A stretch of DNA of 45,222 nt from Macrostomum lignano (taxonomy: Eukaryota), in contig NIVC01000766.1 in the NCBI GenBank assembly GCA_002269645.1, forward strand, positions 1 to 45,222, read 5' to 3'. Made by a program: the position numbers and the translations under genes. The notes beneath the pieces were generated by a model. That model ran no database searches, had not been told where the DNA came from, and saw only the letters and a list, made by a program, of their open reading frames with translations. Below are positions 1 to 11,129 of this stretch, piece after piece (position 1 is the first letter of the stretch; each line of letters begins with the position of its first letter).

Positions 1-925
1 ATTACGGGGGAGAACTTAAAGTGAATTGGGAGAGATTCTTAAGAGGAATTGGGTACATTCTTTAGGGAATTAGGAGAGATTCTTAGGGGGGAATTGGGGA
101 AGATTCTTAAGGGGGATTGGGGGAGATGTTTAGGGGAAGTTAGGGCGATTCTTAAAGGGAATTAGGAGAGATTCTTATGGGGAATTGGGGAAGATTCTTA
201 AAGGGAATTAGGAGAGATTCTTATGGGGAATTGGGGAAGATTCTTAAAGTGAATTGGGAGAGATTCTTATGGGGAATTGGGGAGATTCTTAAAGGGAATT
301 AGGAGAGATTCTTATGGGGAATTGGGGATTCTTAAAGTGAATTGGAGAGATTCTTATGGAGGAATTGGGAAGATTCTTAAAGGGAATTAGGAGAGATTCT
401 TATGGGGAATTGGGAAGATTCTTAAAGTGAATTGGAGAGATTCTTACGGGAATTGGGAGATTCTTAGGGAATTAGGAGAGATTCTTAGGGGGAATTGGGA
501 AGATCTTAAGGGTGAATTGGGAGAGATTCTTAGGGAATTGGGTACATTCTTAGGAAATTAGGAGAGATTCTTAGGGGGAATTGGGAGAATTCTAATAGGG
601 GAATTGGGGGAGATTTTAGGGAAGTTAGGAATTCGAAGAGGAATTCGGGGAGATTCTAGGGAATTGGGGAGAAACTTAGAGGAATCGGGAGATTCCTTAA
701 GGGGAATTGAAGATATTCTTTGGGGAATTGGAGAGAATTCTTAAGGGAAGGAGAGATTCTTAGAGGATTAGGAAGAGATCTTAAGGGGAATTGGGAGAGA
801 TTCTTTAGGAGAATTGAGAGAGATTCTTCAGGGGAATTAGGGAAACATTTTAAGAGGAATCGAAGGAAGAATCTTACGCTCGGAAGGGGAATTGGGGAGA
901 ATATTAAGGAGAAATCTTGAGCAGA
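1..925. repeat. Degenerate ~22/44-bp minisatellite (GGGAATTGGGGAGATTCTTA..)
   Basis: About 40 subunits with frequent 1-bp indels. Confidence 0.9.
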
Positions 926-985
926 CATTTAGTAGGTAGGCCGCGGAGCAACTGCCGCTAAGAGTCCCATAAGATCAGGGCTTAC

Positions 986-1197
986 TGGACTCAGTGTGCG
1001 CACTCGAACACAGTTTGGTGGACCGGCGCCAACCGACGTTGAGCGGCGTCAGCCGAACCTGGTACTCGTGAACGCTTTCAACGGTTGTGCTCGCTAAAGC
1101 AGATCGCCGGGCCGAGTGAGCCGGCGGCGCCTCCGCCAGGTCTGCTGTCGCTGCGCGGCCCGATGAAGGCCGCGGTGCCGGAGCAGCGGAACTGCAC
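986..1197 (-). CDS. Dscam: Dscam-like exon 12, second half of FN3-2 (frameshifted)
   Basis: CCGCAG|GTG acceptor, TCC A|GTAAG donor. After small indel repair it reads LKAFTEYQVRLTPLN..GAGPP, an FN3 F/G-strand pattern. Confidence 0.75.
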
Positions 1198-1299
1198 CTG
1201 CGGCAGGTGCGGAAGATGCAGAGGCTGAGAGGACTCAGAGAAGCATAGGAAAAATTCAATACTGTTTTATTGACGCCAAGGTTCGAGCTTTTGAAGTCT

Positions 1300-1437
1300 A
1301 TAGGTTATATGAAGTCTCTAGATTATACATGTCTCTAGATCATGCAGTCTCTAGATTATACAGTGTCTCTAGATTGCAGTGCAATCTCTAGATTAATATA
1401 CAGTGTCTCTAGATCATGCAGTCTCTAGAGTCTAGAC
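1300..1437. repeat. Short tandem repeat built on TCTCTAGAT
   Basis: About 7-8 TCTAGA-containing units spaced 16-22 bp apart. Confidence 0.8.
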
Positions 1438-1455
1438 CCAAGATCACCTCCCTAC

Positions 1456-1904
1456 CTTGGCATCGCTGCCAGCGAGCTCGCAGTCGTTAGCGCCAGCCGT
1501 TGCAGACACGGGCCAGACAGTCACCGAATAGTTGGTCATTCGTCGTTTCGTTTCAGCAGCTCCGGAGGTTTGCCAGGTCAAACGCAGCGCCGACGCGCCC
1601 TCGGCGATAACAGTGAGGTCCTGCACGGGGCCGGAGGGCGCCCGCTCCTTGGTGACACCCGGCAGCTGGCCTCGGTCCCGGGCCGACACTGTTCACACGC
1701 CGTTATGTTGAAGATGTACTCCGTCCGCCGGCTGCAGCCCCTTGAAGGTGTAGCTCTTCTGGTCCACAGACAGATTCTGTACGGCTAGCCGACCGGTGGG
1801 TTCCAGGTAGGCGATGGCGTAGCGAACAATCTCCTTGTGCCCATTGCTGCCGGCCTCCCACTGCAGCGTGCTGAGTTCTGGTCGTGATCCGTTGTAACGA
1901 AATT
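1456..1904 (-). CDS. Dscam: Dscam-like exon 11, FN3-1 and first half of FN3-2 (frameshifted)
   Basis: TTCCAG|AAT acceptor, AAG|GTAGG donor. Contains LQWEAGSNGHKEIVRYAIAY, YTFKGLQP and APSGPVQDLTV..LRLTW. Confidence 0.85.
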
Positions 1905-1964
1905 CTGGAATTGTTCCAAATCGAAGTGTTTTTGGAGCTCAATCTCAGATTATCGTTCGGAAAA

Positions 1965-2815
1965 ATCCCAGTTACTCCAATGGGATAAATAGGGGAAAAT
2001 TGGGATCACGACTATAATTGGGAAAATCCCCATTGCCTTAGTAGGTTAATAGGGGAAAATTGGGATCACGGCGATAATTGGGGAAATCCCCATTGCCTCA
2101 GTAGATTAATAGGGGAAGATGGGGATCAGGACGATGATTGGGGAAATCCCCCATTGCCTCAGTAGGTCAATAGGGGAAGATAGGGATCACGACTATAATT
2201 GGGGAAATCCCCATTGCCTCAGTAGGTCAATAGGGAAGATAGGGATCACGAAACTATAATTGGGAAATCCCCATTGCCTTAGTAGGTTAATAGGGGAAGA
2301 TAGGGATCACGACTATAATTGGGGAAATCCCCATTGCCTCAGTAGGTCAATAGGGGAAGATAGGGATCACGATATATTGGGGAAATCCCCATTGCCTTAG
2401 TAGGTTAATAGGGGAAGATAGGGATCACGACTATAATTGGGAAATCCCCATTGCCTCAGTAGATTAATAGGGGAAGATAGGGATCAGGACGATGATTGGG
2501 GAAATCCCTCATTGCCTCAGTAGATTAATAGGGGAAGATGGGGATCAGGACGATGATTGGGGAAATCCCCATTGCCTCAGTAGATTAATAGGGGAAGATG
2601 GGGATCAGGACGATGATTGGGAAATCCCATTGCCTCAGTAGGGGAAGATGGGGATCAGGACGATGATTGGGGAAATCCCATATTGCCTCAGTAGGTCAAT
2701 AGGGGAAGATAGGGATCACAAATATACTTGGGAAAATCCTCATTGCCTCAGTAAGTTAATTGGGGAAAATTGGGATCACGACTATACTTGAGAAAAGCCT
2801 CATTGCCACAGTGAG
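1965..2815. repeat. 60-bp minisatellite, about 14 copies
   Basis: Unit TAGGGGAAGATAGGGATCACGACTATAATTGGGGAAATCCCCATTGCCTCAGTAGGTCAA. Confidence 0.93.
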
Positions 2816-2863
2816 ATAAATGGTAGAGCCGTTTCCCAATTTGACAGCCTCAACATTGTTCAC

Positions 2864-3484
2864 CTGCACTTGGCCGGGCCGCTGGATGACAACTACATCC
2901 AGCTGCTGCTCGCTCGGCCACTGATCTGCCGAGGCGTCGCGCTGGCTGTTGTAGCGATTCCGAGCCCGACAGATGTACCGGCCGTGTACACCTCTGTTGA
3001 CGTTCTTCAGCTCAAGCACACCGGCCTCAGTAACCGCAATGGTGGCCGGTGGCCGGTACATGGATGTTGTTGGATCGTTGTGATCGTAAACGAACCCGGG
3101 ACTGCATCTGGAAGTCTGGTAGCCGTAACTGGAGTAGTGCGGCCGATCGCTGGCATCAAGCAGACAGGCGATATTGTTGTCGCCCTCGTATCGGGCCACC
3201 CAGCTAACATTGTAGGGCTTGTCGCCTTTCACCACGCACGGTAGCTGTGGTTGCTGCCGACGTGCAGCTCTAGACGGCTGCTCTCGAACGGCAACACACT
3301 GGGCTGGGTAGCGAATCGACGGGTTGAACGTCGTTGACCGAGCTTGGATGTGTCCGGCAGGTCCGTGGCACAAAAGGAAGTGCCGGTCCTCCGGCCGGAT
3401 CTCGCGATTCGCAGGGTGCCATTGTCGAATTGGAACACCCGGGCTGAGGTGCGTTCAGACTGTTGTACCTGGGGACTTGGCGTT
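2864..3484 (-). CDS. Dscam: Dscam-like exon 10, C-terminal half of Ig8, Ig9 and start of FN3-1 (frameshifted)
   Basis: Follows a 75-nt intron (3485-3559). Contains FDNGTLRI, LPCVVKGDKPYNVSW and GRYICRARN. Donor CAG|GTGAAC is phase 0 and gives PGQVQ|NFVTT with exon 11. Confidence 0.78.
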
Positions 3485-3559
3485 CTGGTGACAGGGAGGG
3501 AAGCGCTCAGGTGTTTATTATAGGACCTTGAAATCGAAAGGTCTTCGTCTGTCACTTAC

Positions 3560-3706
3560 CCCTGATGAGTTTAGCTGGCCGCGAATACCACAGCAGGCCG
3601 GGCATGTCGGGTCCCGCCTCGGTGAGCTGGCAGCCCACGCTAACAGAAGTGCCAAGCACAACCTCTTTGTTGTTGGGCGGATGGCCGGGCTTGAAAATGT
3701 ATTCCT
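3560..3706 (-). CDS. Dscam: Dscam-like exon 9, N-terminal half of Ig8
   Basis: TTTCAG|AG acceptor, AGG G|GTAAG donor, 147 nt open; encodes PPNNKEVVLGTSVSVGCQL..LLWY. Confidence 0.85.
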
Positions 3707-3804
3707 CTGAAATAATAGTCCAATTCAGAAAAATCTTCTAATTTCCTTGTTAGAATATGAATTAATGAGAACTATAATATGCTAGTCAAATAAACAAAAC
3801 AAAG

Positions 3805-4045
3805 CACAACTCGAGGGGAGCCAGTCTGCTAGTCCAATATACTAAAATTGTCACACACCTAGAGGGGGAGGCAGTCTGCTATTCCAATATACTAAAATTG
3901 TACACAACCTCAAAGGGGGGCAACCTGCTAGTCCAATATACTAAAATTGTCACACACCTCAAAGGGGGCACACAAAGCATGCTAGTCCAATATACTAAAA
4001 TTGTTACACCTCGATAGGACCTCTGCTAGTATAATACACTAAAGA
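3805..4045. repeat. ~49-bp minisatellite, about 5 copies
   Basis: Repeated GCTAGTCCAATATACTAAAATTGTCACACACCT. Confidence 0.85.
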
Positions 4046-4068
4046 TCTTAAGTAATCTAAGCGCTTAC

Positions 4069-4332
4069 TTTTATATTTGACACCGCTTCGCGCTTGACGC
4101 CGCATCATGACAGCTGACTAGGTGACATATGAAAACACCTTCGAATGGTTTGTCATCCGTGTAGCCAATGTCAATCTTAGCCTCGGTGTTGCGTTTCGAC
4201 GGTCGACTGAGCAGAAACTGAGGCACGCGTGCCTCAACGAAACGGTTTGAAATCAGGGCAGTCACTCGAATCAATGCCGCTGCTGATAGTCTGGTACTGA
4301 TTTCGAGGTCGGCGGAATCGGCATGGCATTAA
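4069..4332 (-). CDS. Dscam: Dscam-like exon 8, C-terminal half of Ig7 (frameshifted; 5' boundary uncertain)
   Basis: GC-rich island in AT-rich intron with an Ig F-strand-like motif (FEGVFIC). The donor AAA A|GTAAG is in phase 1, matching exon 9. Acceptor TTTGTTAAG| is tentative. Confidence 0.62.
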
Positions 4333-4627
4333 CTTAACAAAGTATAACTTGATTTCTTAGCAATTATAACACATTTTATGCATTAGACTGACTTTCTACT
4401 GAATAAGCTGAAGTAGCATCAATGGTTTTTGAACACACAGAAATTTATCTATTGATTTTTTTGCGAAACGGATTTCTTAGCAATTCATCAAGGTTAATTC
4501 ATAAGTTTTTCTATATCGTTTAAAAAATATATATTACAGAAGATTTACTTTTCGAATCGTATAACATCAAATGAACATAGTCCATAGACAAACTTAACTT
4601 AAAAAAGAAAATAGGAGAATCACTCAC

Positions 4628-5219
4628 TGTCACAAGCCGCTGGGAACACGCGAGTACATGTCCATCAGGCATGGCTCGAGTATCCTTTGGCTGCCGTTTC
4701 GCGAGCTCACGAACTCGACACAGGCGTACCAGGGCCCGTCTGGCGTGTTCACCGGCTTGCAGACGTCGCTAATTTTGATTCCGGACTCCAGGTCGAAGTG
4801 ATCGCTGAACGTGTTCGGCCTGATTCCGTTCACCACTTCTAGTTTCGTTGACTGCGATGGGCTGGCAGAAGGTCCTAGGCTCGAACGCCGCAACGCCGGA
4901 CTGCTTCACAGTGGCGGTGCAAGTGTACTGACCGGCGTCAATTGATTCAACACCGTGATGCGCAGCCTGTCGGGATGCTCGGCATCGTCGACGCTGGTCC
5001 GGTGGTTGGTCGCAGCTTAAGCAACGGCGCCGCCCTCGGATCGCATCTCCCACCTGAGATCGTAGGTGTCACCCGGAGAGACCGGGATAGCGCTGGACAG
5101 GACGGCGAGGTCCACGCCGAGTGAAGACCGCCAAGGACGTTGCAGTCCATGCTGAAAGTTTTTGTCTCTGATGGCGTACTGAGTCTTCTGCTCGAAGGGT
5201 CGAATGATCAGACTGGGCG
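4628..5219 (-). CDS. Dscam: Dscam-like exon 7, Ig6 plus start of Ig7 (frameshifted as written)
   Basis: CCGCAG|CG acceptor and A|GTGAGT donor. The Ig motifs MDCNV, YDLRW and RLRITGVESIDAGQYTC are split over three frames, with an in-frame TAA at 5017-5019. Confidence 0.8.
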
Positions 5220-5702
5220 CTGCGGAGGACGGAGAGCGATTGGTTACCGATATGTAGTGTAAATAAGTTTATACAGGGAAAAATTTCTTTATATAGTATG
5301 AGTAAGCATAGTATCATAAAGGACTATATGGAAAGATCAGAGACGTCAGTTGCAAAGAAATACTTTTGGTGATTAAAATCCTGTCATAGTACACGAGGCA
5401 GAAGGCTACTTGAAACTACGGCACAAACCAGTAACCAGTTGAAGCTTAAATGCAAGTGAACCGATTACGAGCGTAAAAGGCAATAAAATCTGACCAGACG
5501 TGCCCAATTTAGATTGCATTTGTTGCTAATCAAACCAATTTGTGTCTTTCTGCAAATTTCATTTCAGTATTTTTTAAACTGCGAGCTTTTGCTTGCAGCG
5601 CATCTCGCCAAAAATTGCAGCGGGCGCTTGGGTCATTGTCTCTTTGGGAACTTTATGTCTGGTAGCTTGCAAAAATATTTTATATAAAAAGCCCCCAAAA
5701 GC

Positions 5703-5739
5703 CAGGCAGATAGATATAATGGATGGATACACAGATGGG

Positions 5740-5787
<48 letters not shown>

Positions 5788-5820
5788 CAGACAGATAGAG
5801 AGACAGACAGACAGACAGAC

Positions 5821-5851
<31 letters not shown>

Positions 5852-5882
5852 GGCAGGCAGACAGACAAACAGACAGATAAGC

Positions 5883-5959
<77 letters not shown>

Positions 5960-5994
5960 GGCAGGCAGGCAGACAGACAAACAGACAGATAAGC

Positions 5995-6029
<35 letters not shown>

Positions 6030-6035
6030 TAGACC
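5703..6035. repeat. (GATA)n/(GACA)n microsatellite
   Basis: Direct reading. Confidence 0.97.
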
Positions 6036-6469
6036 GACAGACAGGCTGATAAAGCACAACCCGGAAATTATCTCAATAAGAGAAAAGTCAGCCAATGGAA
6101 AGTACAAATGCGGGAGGGGAGCCTCAAAAGCCCCGTGACCGAAGCAGATGGCCGTAGCTGGTTACACGGCGGCCGGCATGGCTACCGCAGTCCCAGCGCA
6201 GACTGCTAGCCAGAGAAAATGGAGAACCGAAAAAACATTCCATACAACTTGCAGCCACTTAATGGCCAGGCAGGCAGCGGATCAACCTGCTGCTCCGAAA
6301 TGCAGCCCAGATTGCAGACACGGCAACCACCCTCCACCCGTGCCGCCTTTCCCGGGGGCTGACTAGACTAGCATAAGAAAAAACAGACTCAACAGATAAA
6401 ATCTAGATTCACTTTAAAACTAATACCTGAATTAGTTCTGAATTAGTTCTGAATTAGTTCTAAACTATA

Positions 6470-6895
6470 AGAGCCGAAAAGATAGGGGGAGAGGGCGGAA
6501 AGAGCCGATAGAAAGCAGAAACAGCCGGTAGGGAGCGGAAAAAGCCGATAGACGGCGGAAAGAGCCGGTAGGGAGCGGAAAAAGCCGATAGAGGGCGGAA
6601 AGAGCCGATAGAGAGCAGAAACAGCCGGTAGGGAGCGAAAAAAGCCGATAGAGGGTGGATTGAGATTTTCGAAAGCGGAACGAGCCGGTATAGAGGGCGG
6701 AATGAACCAGTACAGGGCGGAATAAGCCGGTAGAAGGCGGAATGAGCCGCTAGAGGGCGGAATGAGCCAGTAGAGGGCGCAATGAGCCAGCAGAGGGCGG
6801 AATGAGCCAGTAGAGGGCGGAATGAGCCGTTAGATGGCGGAAAGAGCTGGTAGAGAGCGGAATGAGCCGCTAGATAGCTGTAGAAAGGCGCCAAA
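6470..6895. repeat. ~20-bp minisatellite (AGAGGGCGGAATGAGCCAGT)
   Basis: Direct reading; ends a few bp from the exon 6 donor. Confidence 0.88.
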
Positions 6896-6905
6896 AGAGA
6901 CTCAC

Positions 6906-7256
6906 AAGCAACAGCAAACAGGTGAAACTCGCAGGTGGCCACGCCGAAGTCATTCCTGGCTTCGACCATCAGCCGACCCGTGTGCTCCGGCAGGGTGGGA
7001 CTGAAGTTCACCGTCACATCCATGCGGCGCGTCGAGGCGCTGGTCTGCCTGGTGAAGGCCCGCGCGGACAGCGACTCGAACTCGTCGAATTTCGACCTGC
7101 TGCCATCAAGGGTGATGCGAATTCGCGGCAAGGGCGCGGCGGTGAATCTGCAGGAGAAGCTGCCGCTGGCGCTCACCGGGCCGCCGTCTGTGCCTGGCAG
7201 GCTGACTGGGATGTACCGCTCTGGCGGCTGCTGATCCACTAGGTGGGGCGGCATCT
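6906..7256 (-). CDS. Dscam: Dscam-like exon 6, Ig5 (non-canonical)
   Basis: CCGCAG|AG acceptor, GCT T|GTGAG donor, 351 nt. Encodes FSCRFTAAPLPRI..LDG..EHTGRLMVEARNDFG. Confidence 0.88.
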
Positions 7257-7297
7257 CTGCGGGCGGACGGACGGGCGGTTAGATAGAATAATTTAGG

Positions 7298-7968
7298 TCA
7301 GACAGACAGACAGACACTGAGACAGACACTGAGACAGATACTGAGACAGACAGACATTGAGACATTGAGACAGACACTGAGACAGACAGACAGACACTGA
7401 GACAGACAGACAGACACTGAGACAGACAGACAGACACTCAGACAGACAGACAGACACTCAGACAGACAGACAGACACTGAGACAGACAGACAGACACTCA
7501 GACAGACAGACAGACAGACAGACACTGAGACACTGAGACAGACACTGGGACAGACACTGAGACAGACACTGAGACAGACACTGAGACAGGCACTCAGACA
7601 GACACTAAGACAGACACTGAGACAGGCACTGAGACAGACACTGAGACAGACACTAAGAGACACTGAGACAGACACTGAGACAGGCACTCAGACAGACACT
7701 AAGACAGACACTGAGACAGGCACTGAGACAGACACTGAGACAGACAATAAGACGGACACTAAGAGACACTAAGACAGACACTGAGACAGACACTAAGAGA
7801 CACTGGACAGACACTGAGACGAACACTCAGACAGACACTCAGACAGACACTAAGACAGACACTGAGACAGGCACTGAGACAGACACTGAGACAGACACTA
7901 AGACGGACACTGAGACAGACACTGAGACAGACACTAAAACAGACAGACAGACAACAAGACAGACAGCC
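7298..7968. repeat. 12-bp GACAGACACTGA array derived from (GACA)n
   Basis: Direct reading; fills almost the whole exon 5-6 intron. Confidence 0.93.
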
Positions 7969-7983
7969 GGATTTCCAACTCAC

Positions 7984-8307
7984 TGTTAATGATGACCTCC
8001 GTGGTGCTCTGCGCAGAATCGTAGGGCACTTTCTGGGCGGACGGCCGCAGGAAGCGCTCAGCAAAGCACTGGTACGGGCCCTGGTCCTTCAGCGTGGCGT
8101 TGGCGATGGTCAGCACGCTGTGTCCCCGCTCCAGGGACTCGCGTGCTCGGGTCACCCGGATTCGAGTCCCGTCCACCTCCACAGGCCGGCCATTGTGCAG
8201 CCAGCTGATGCTGTCTATGGGCCAGCCCTGCACGTCGCAGGCCAGACTGACGTTGCCGCCGAAATCGACAATCAGCGGACTGGCCGGCGTCCTCACCGAG
8301 ATGCGGG
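7984..8307 (-). CDS. Dscam: Dscam-like exon 5, Ig4
   Basis: CCACAG|CC acceptor, AAC A|GTGAG donor, 324 nt. Canonical I-set: LACDVQGWPIDSISWLHNG..LTIANATLKDQGPYQC. Confidence 0.93.
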
Positions 8308-8326
8308 CTGTGGGGATGATCAAAAT

Positions 8327-8850
8327 GTCTGTTGGTCATTTCCCTTATCTTTCTGTTTGTCATTTCTCTTGTATGTTGGTCATACTCTTGTATGTTGGTC
8401 ATTTCCCTTATCTTTCTGTTGGTCATTTCTCTTGTCTGTTGGTCATACTCTTGTATGTTGGTCATTTCCTTTATCTGTTTGTTGGTCATTTCTCTTGTCT
8501 GTTGGTCATACTCTTGTATGTTGGTCATTTCCTTTATCTGTTTGTTGGTCATTTCTCTTGTCTGTTGGTCATACTCTTGTATGTTGGTCATTTCCTTTAT
8601 CTGTTTGTTGGTCATTTCTCTTAACTGTTGGTCATTTCTCTTGTCTGTCAGTTGGTCATTTCTCTTATTTGTATGTTGGTCATTTCTCTCATCTGTTTGT
8701 TGGTCATTTCTCTTATCTGTCTGTTGGTCATTTCTCTTGTCCGTCAGTTGGTCATTTCTCTTATCTGTCTGTTGGTCATTTCTCTCATCTGTTAGTTGGT
8801 CATTTCTCTTATTCATATCTGTCTGTTGGTCATTTCTCTTATCTGTCCCT
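8327..8850. repeat. ~20-bp TGTTGGTCATTTCTCTT array with a 63-bp higher-order unit
   Basis: Matching blocks at 8421, 8484 and 8547. Confidence 0.92.
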
Positions 8851-9179
8851 CTTATACTAGAAAAACACCGCATTATCGATTTTTTGACAGAAAAAACTTT
8901 CTTCTTCTTGATAAGAAGATTGCGTAAGAGTCTGCTTTGAGGCTGCGGCAGCTGAGTGGCCGCTGCATACTCTGCGACCGTCAGCTCCATCAAGTCGACA
9001 GAGAGGCACTCAACTTTTAAGCCACTTATTCATTTCTATTTTTTGCTTCGACTCAGAAGCTTCCGCCTTGTCTTCTGCTTTTAAACTTGATAAAAATTGG
9101 AGCGATGGGCCGCAGAAAGTTTCAATAACTAAGTTGACCAACTAGAGCTTGAATTGATCGAGTACGAGTGATGGCAGAC

Positions 9180-9655
9180 TCCAGTCTACTCTCTTTCTCA
9201 CCGACTCTACTCTCTCCCTCACCCACTCTACTCTCTCTCACCCACTCTCTCTCACCCACTCCCTCTCACCCACTCTACCCTCTCTCTCACCCACTCTACT
9301 CTCTTCCTCATTCACTCTACTCTCTTCCTCACCCACTCTACCCTCTCCCTTACCCACTCTACTCTCTCTCACCCATTCTCTCTCACCCACTCTACCTTCT
9401 CTCTCACCCACTCTACTCTCTTCCTCATCCACTCTACTCTCTTCTTCACCCACTCTACCCTCTCCCTTACCCACTCTACTCTCTCTCTCACCCACTCCAC
9501 TCTACTCTCTCCCTCACCCACTCTACTCTCTCTCTTACCCACTCTACTCTACATTTAATCTCCCAAATACACTCTATTTCCGTCATATACCTACTCTATG
9601 AGCTCGTAGTTTAATCTACTCTCTCCCCTCTACTCTCCTCGGTGCTCCTCTACTC
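9180..9655. repeat. CT-rich minisatellite (CTCACCCACTCTACTCT)
   Basis: Direct reading. Confidence 0.9.
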
Positions 9656-9690
9656 TCCCCGCAGCCCTCCAGACCGGCCAGTGCACTCAC

Positions 9691-10182
9691 AGTACAAGTC
9701 CAGCGTGACATTCTCCAGCAGGGTGTCGCCAAAGGAGCAGGTGTACACCCCGGCATCCGAGCGCCTGGGATCTCGAATACGAAGACTACCGACGTCTTCC
9801 CTAACAAAAGCAAAAGTCTGCTCGCTATAGGGGATCTCGCTGACCCTCAGCGGCAGGCCGTTCTTCCTCCAGCTGTACTTGCGCCCCGCTCCGAGCTCCC
9901 CGCCCGCCCCCTTGAGGTAGCAGGGCAGCAGCACCACCAGGCCGCTGCGAATCTCGTGCGCCGTTCGCACAGTTCGAACTGTTGTCGGCTTCTCAAATGA
10001 GCTGGATGTTGGCAACAGTTGAATCGGGGTTGGCATGGACTTGGCTGTGAACACCGTTTTGGCGCCTTCGGTCAGGGACACCTCGGCGCTGTACCTGAAT
10101 TTTACGTCTTTTTCGTCCACGTGTAGAATGTGCAGAGAGTTGTAGCCGTTCTCGAATATGGCGTACTTGGTTTGGAAGAACG
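9691..10182 (-). CDS. Dscam: Dscam-like exon 4, C-terminal half of Ig2 plus Ig3
   Basis: CCGCAG|CG acceptor, TAC T|GTGAG donor, 492 nt open. Encodes KYAIFENGYNSLHILHV, then LLPCYL..YSWRKNG..SLRIRD..DAGVYTC. Confidence 0.92.
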
Positions 10183-10211
10183 CTGCGGATGGGTGACGTT
10201 GGGGGGTTGGA

Positions 10212-10670
10212 GGGAATAGATAGAGTTTGAGTAGAGTAGAGCAGAGTAGAGTAGAGCAGAGCAGAGCAGAGTAGAGCAGAGTAGAATAGAGTAGATTCGA
10301 TTAGAGTAGAGTAGAATAGAGTAGATTCGATTAGAGTAGAGTAGAATAGAGTAGAGCAGATCGGAGTAGAGTAGAGCAGATTGGAGTAGAGTAGAGCAGA
10401 TTAGAGTAGAGTAGAGCAGATTAGAATAGAGTAGAGCAGATTAGAGTAGAGTAGAGCAGATTGGAGTAGAGTAGAGCAGATTAGAGTAGAGTAGAGCAGA
10501 TTGGAGTAGAGTATAGCAGATTAGAGTAGAGTAGAGCAGATTGTAGTTAGAGCAGATTAGAGTAGAGTAGAGCAGATTGTAGTTAGAGCAGATTGGAGTA
10601 GAGCCGATTAGAATAGAGTAGAGTAGAGCAGATTAAAGCAGAGCAGATTACAATAGAACTGAGAGCAGGG
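10212..10670. repeat. Pentamer-based array (AGAGT/AGAGC/AGATT)
   Basis: Direct reading. Confidence 0.92.
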
Positions 10671-11129
10671 TGCAGTGAATATTGAAAGCACATCGATGGC
10701 ACACCTTGATGCATCTCATTTTGTCAATCTGCTATCTGTACTCGAGCGCATGTATTCCGCAGTCAGTCACCAGCACACCTGCGACCCTTCACATCATCTC
10801 TGTTTATCATTTCTAAAATCCCTCCCTTAAGCTATTCAACGATCCAGTTCTGAGTGTGGATTGCAGGTTGATTGCGTAACAAGATGGAATGCTACCTTCA
10901 GAGCCCTGTTTTGCTTGCTGAGGGTATATCAATCAGAATTGATTGGCACTTGAGGGGGGAAAGGGAGGAACGAATGCTCACGAAGACTCAGGGGGGAGCC
11001 TGACTGAGCGTCTGAGATGTCGGAGAGAACTGCTGGCTAGATCGATGAGTGAACCTGAAAAACTGCATCCTTGCGATAACTTGAACGTGAGTGGAACTCT
11101 GCTGTGGCATTTGAGCTTTTGTTGTGAGA

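Noticed and set aside
2756-2863. Read-through of exon 10 (VNNVEAVKLGNGSTIYLT) as the FN3 start
   Set aside because: It runs into the 60-bp array. Splicing at 2864 to 1904 gives a better FN3 N-terminus (PGQVQNFVTT..NSARLQW).
4071-4274. Orphan ORF first read as a transposase fragment
   Set aside because: It ends at a perfect phase-1 GTAAG donor and supplies the missing Ig7 F strand, so it was reassigned as Dscam exon 8.
8860-9010. GC-rich island and start of ORF 8058-8993 as a possible extra exon
   Set aside because: No convincing splice pair and no Ig motif; most of the ORF is minisatellite, and exons 4 and 5 join without it.
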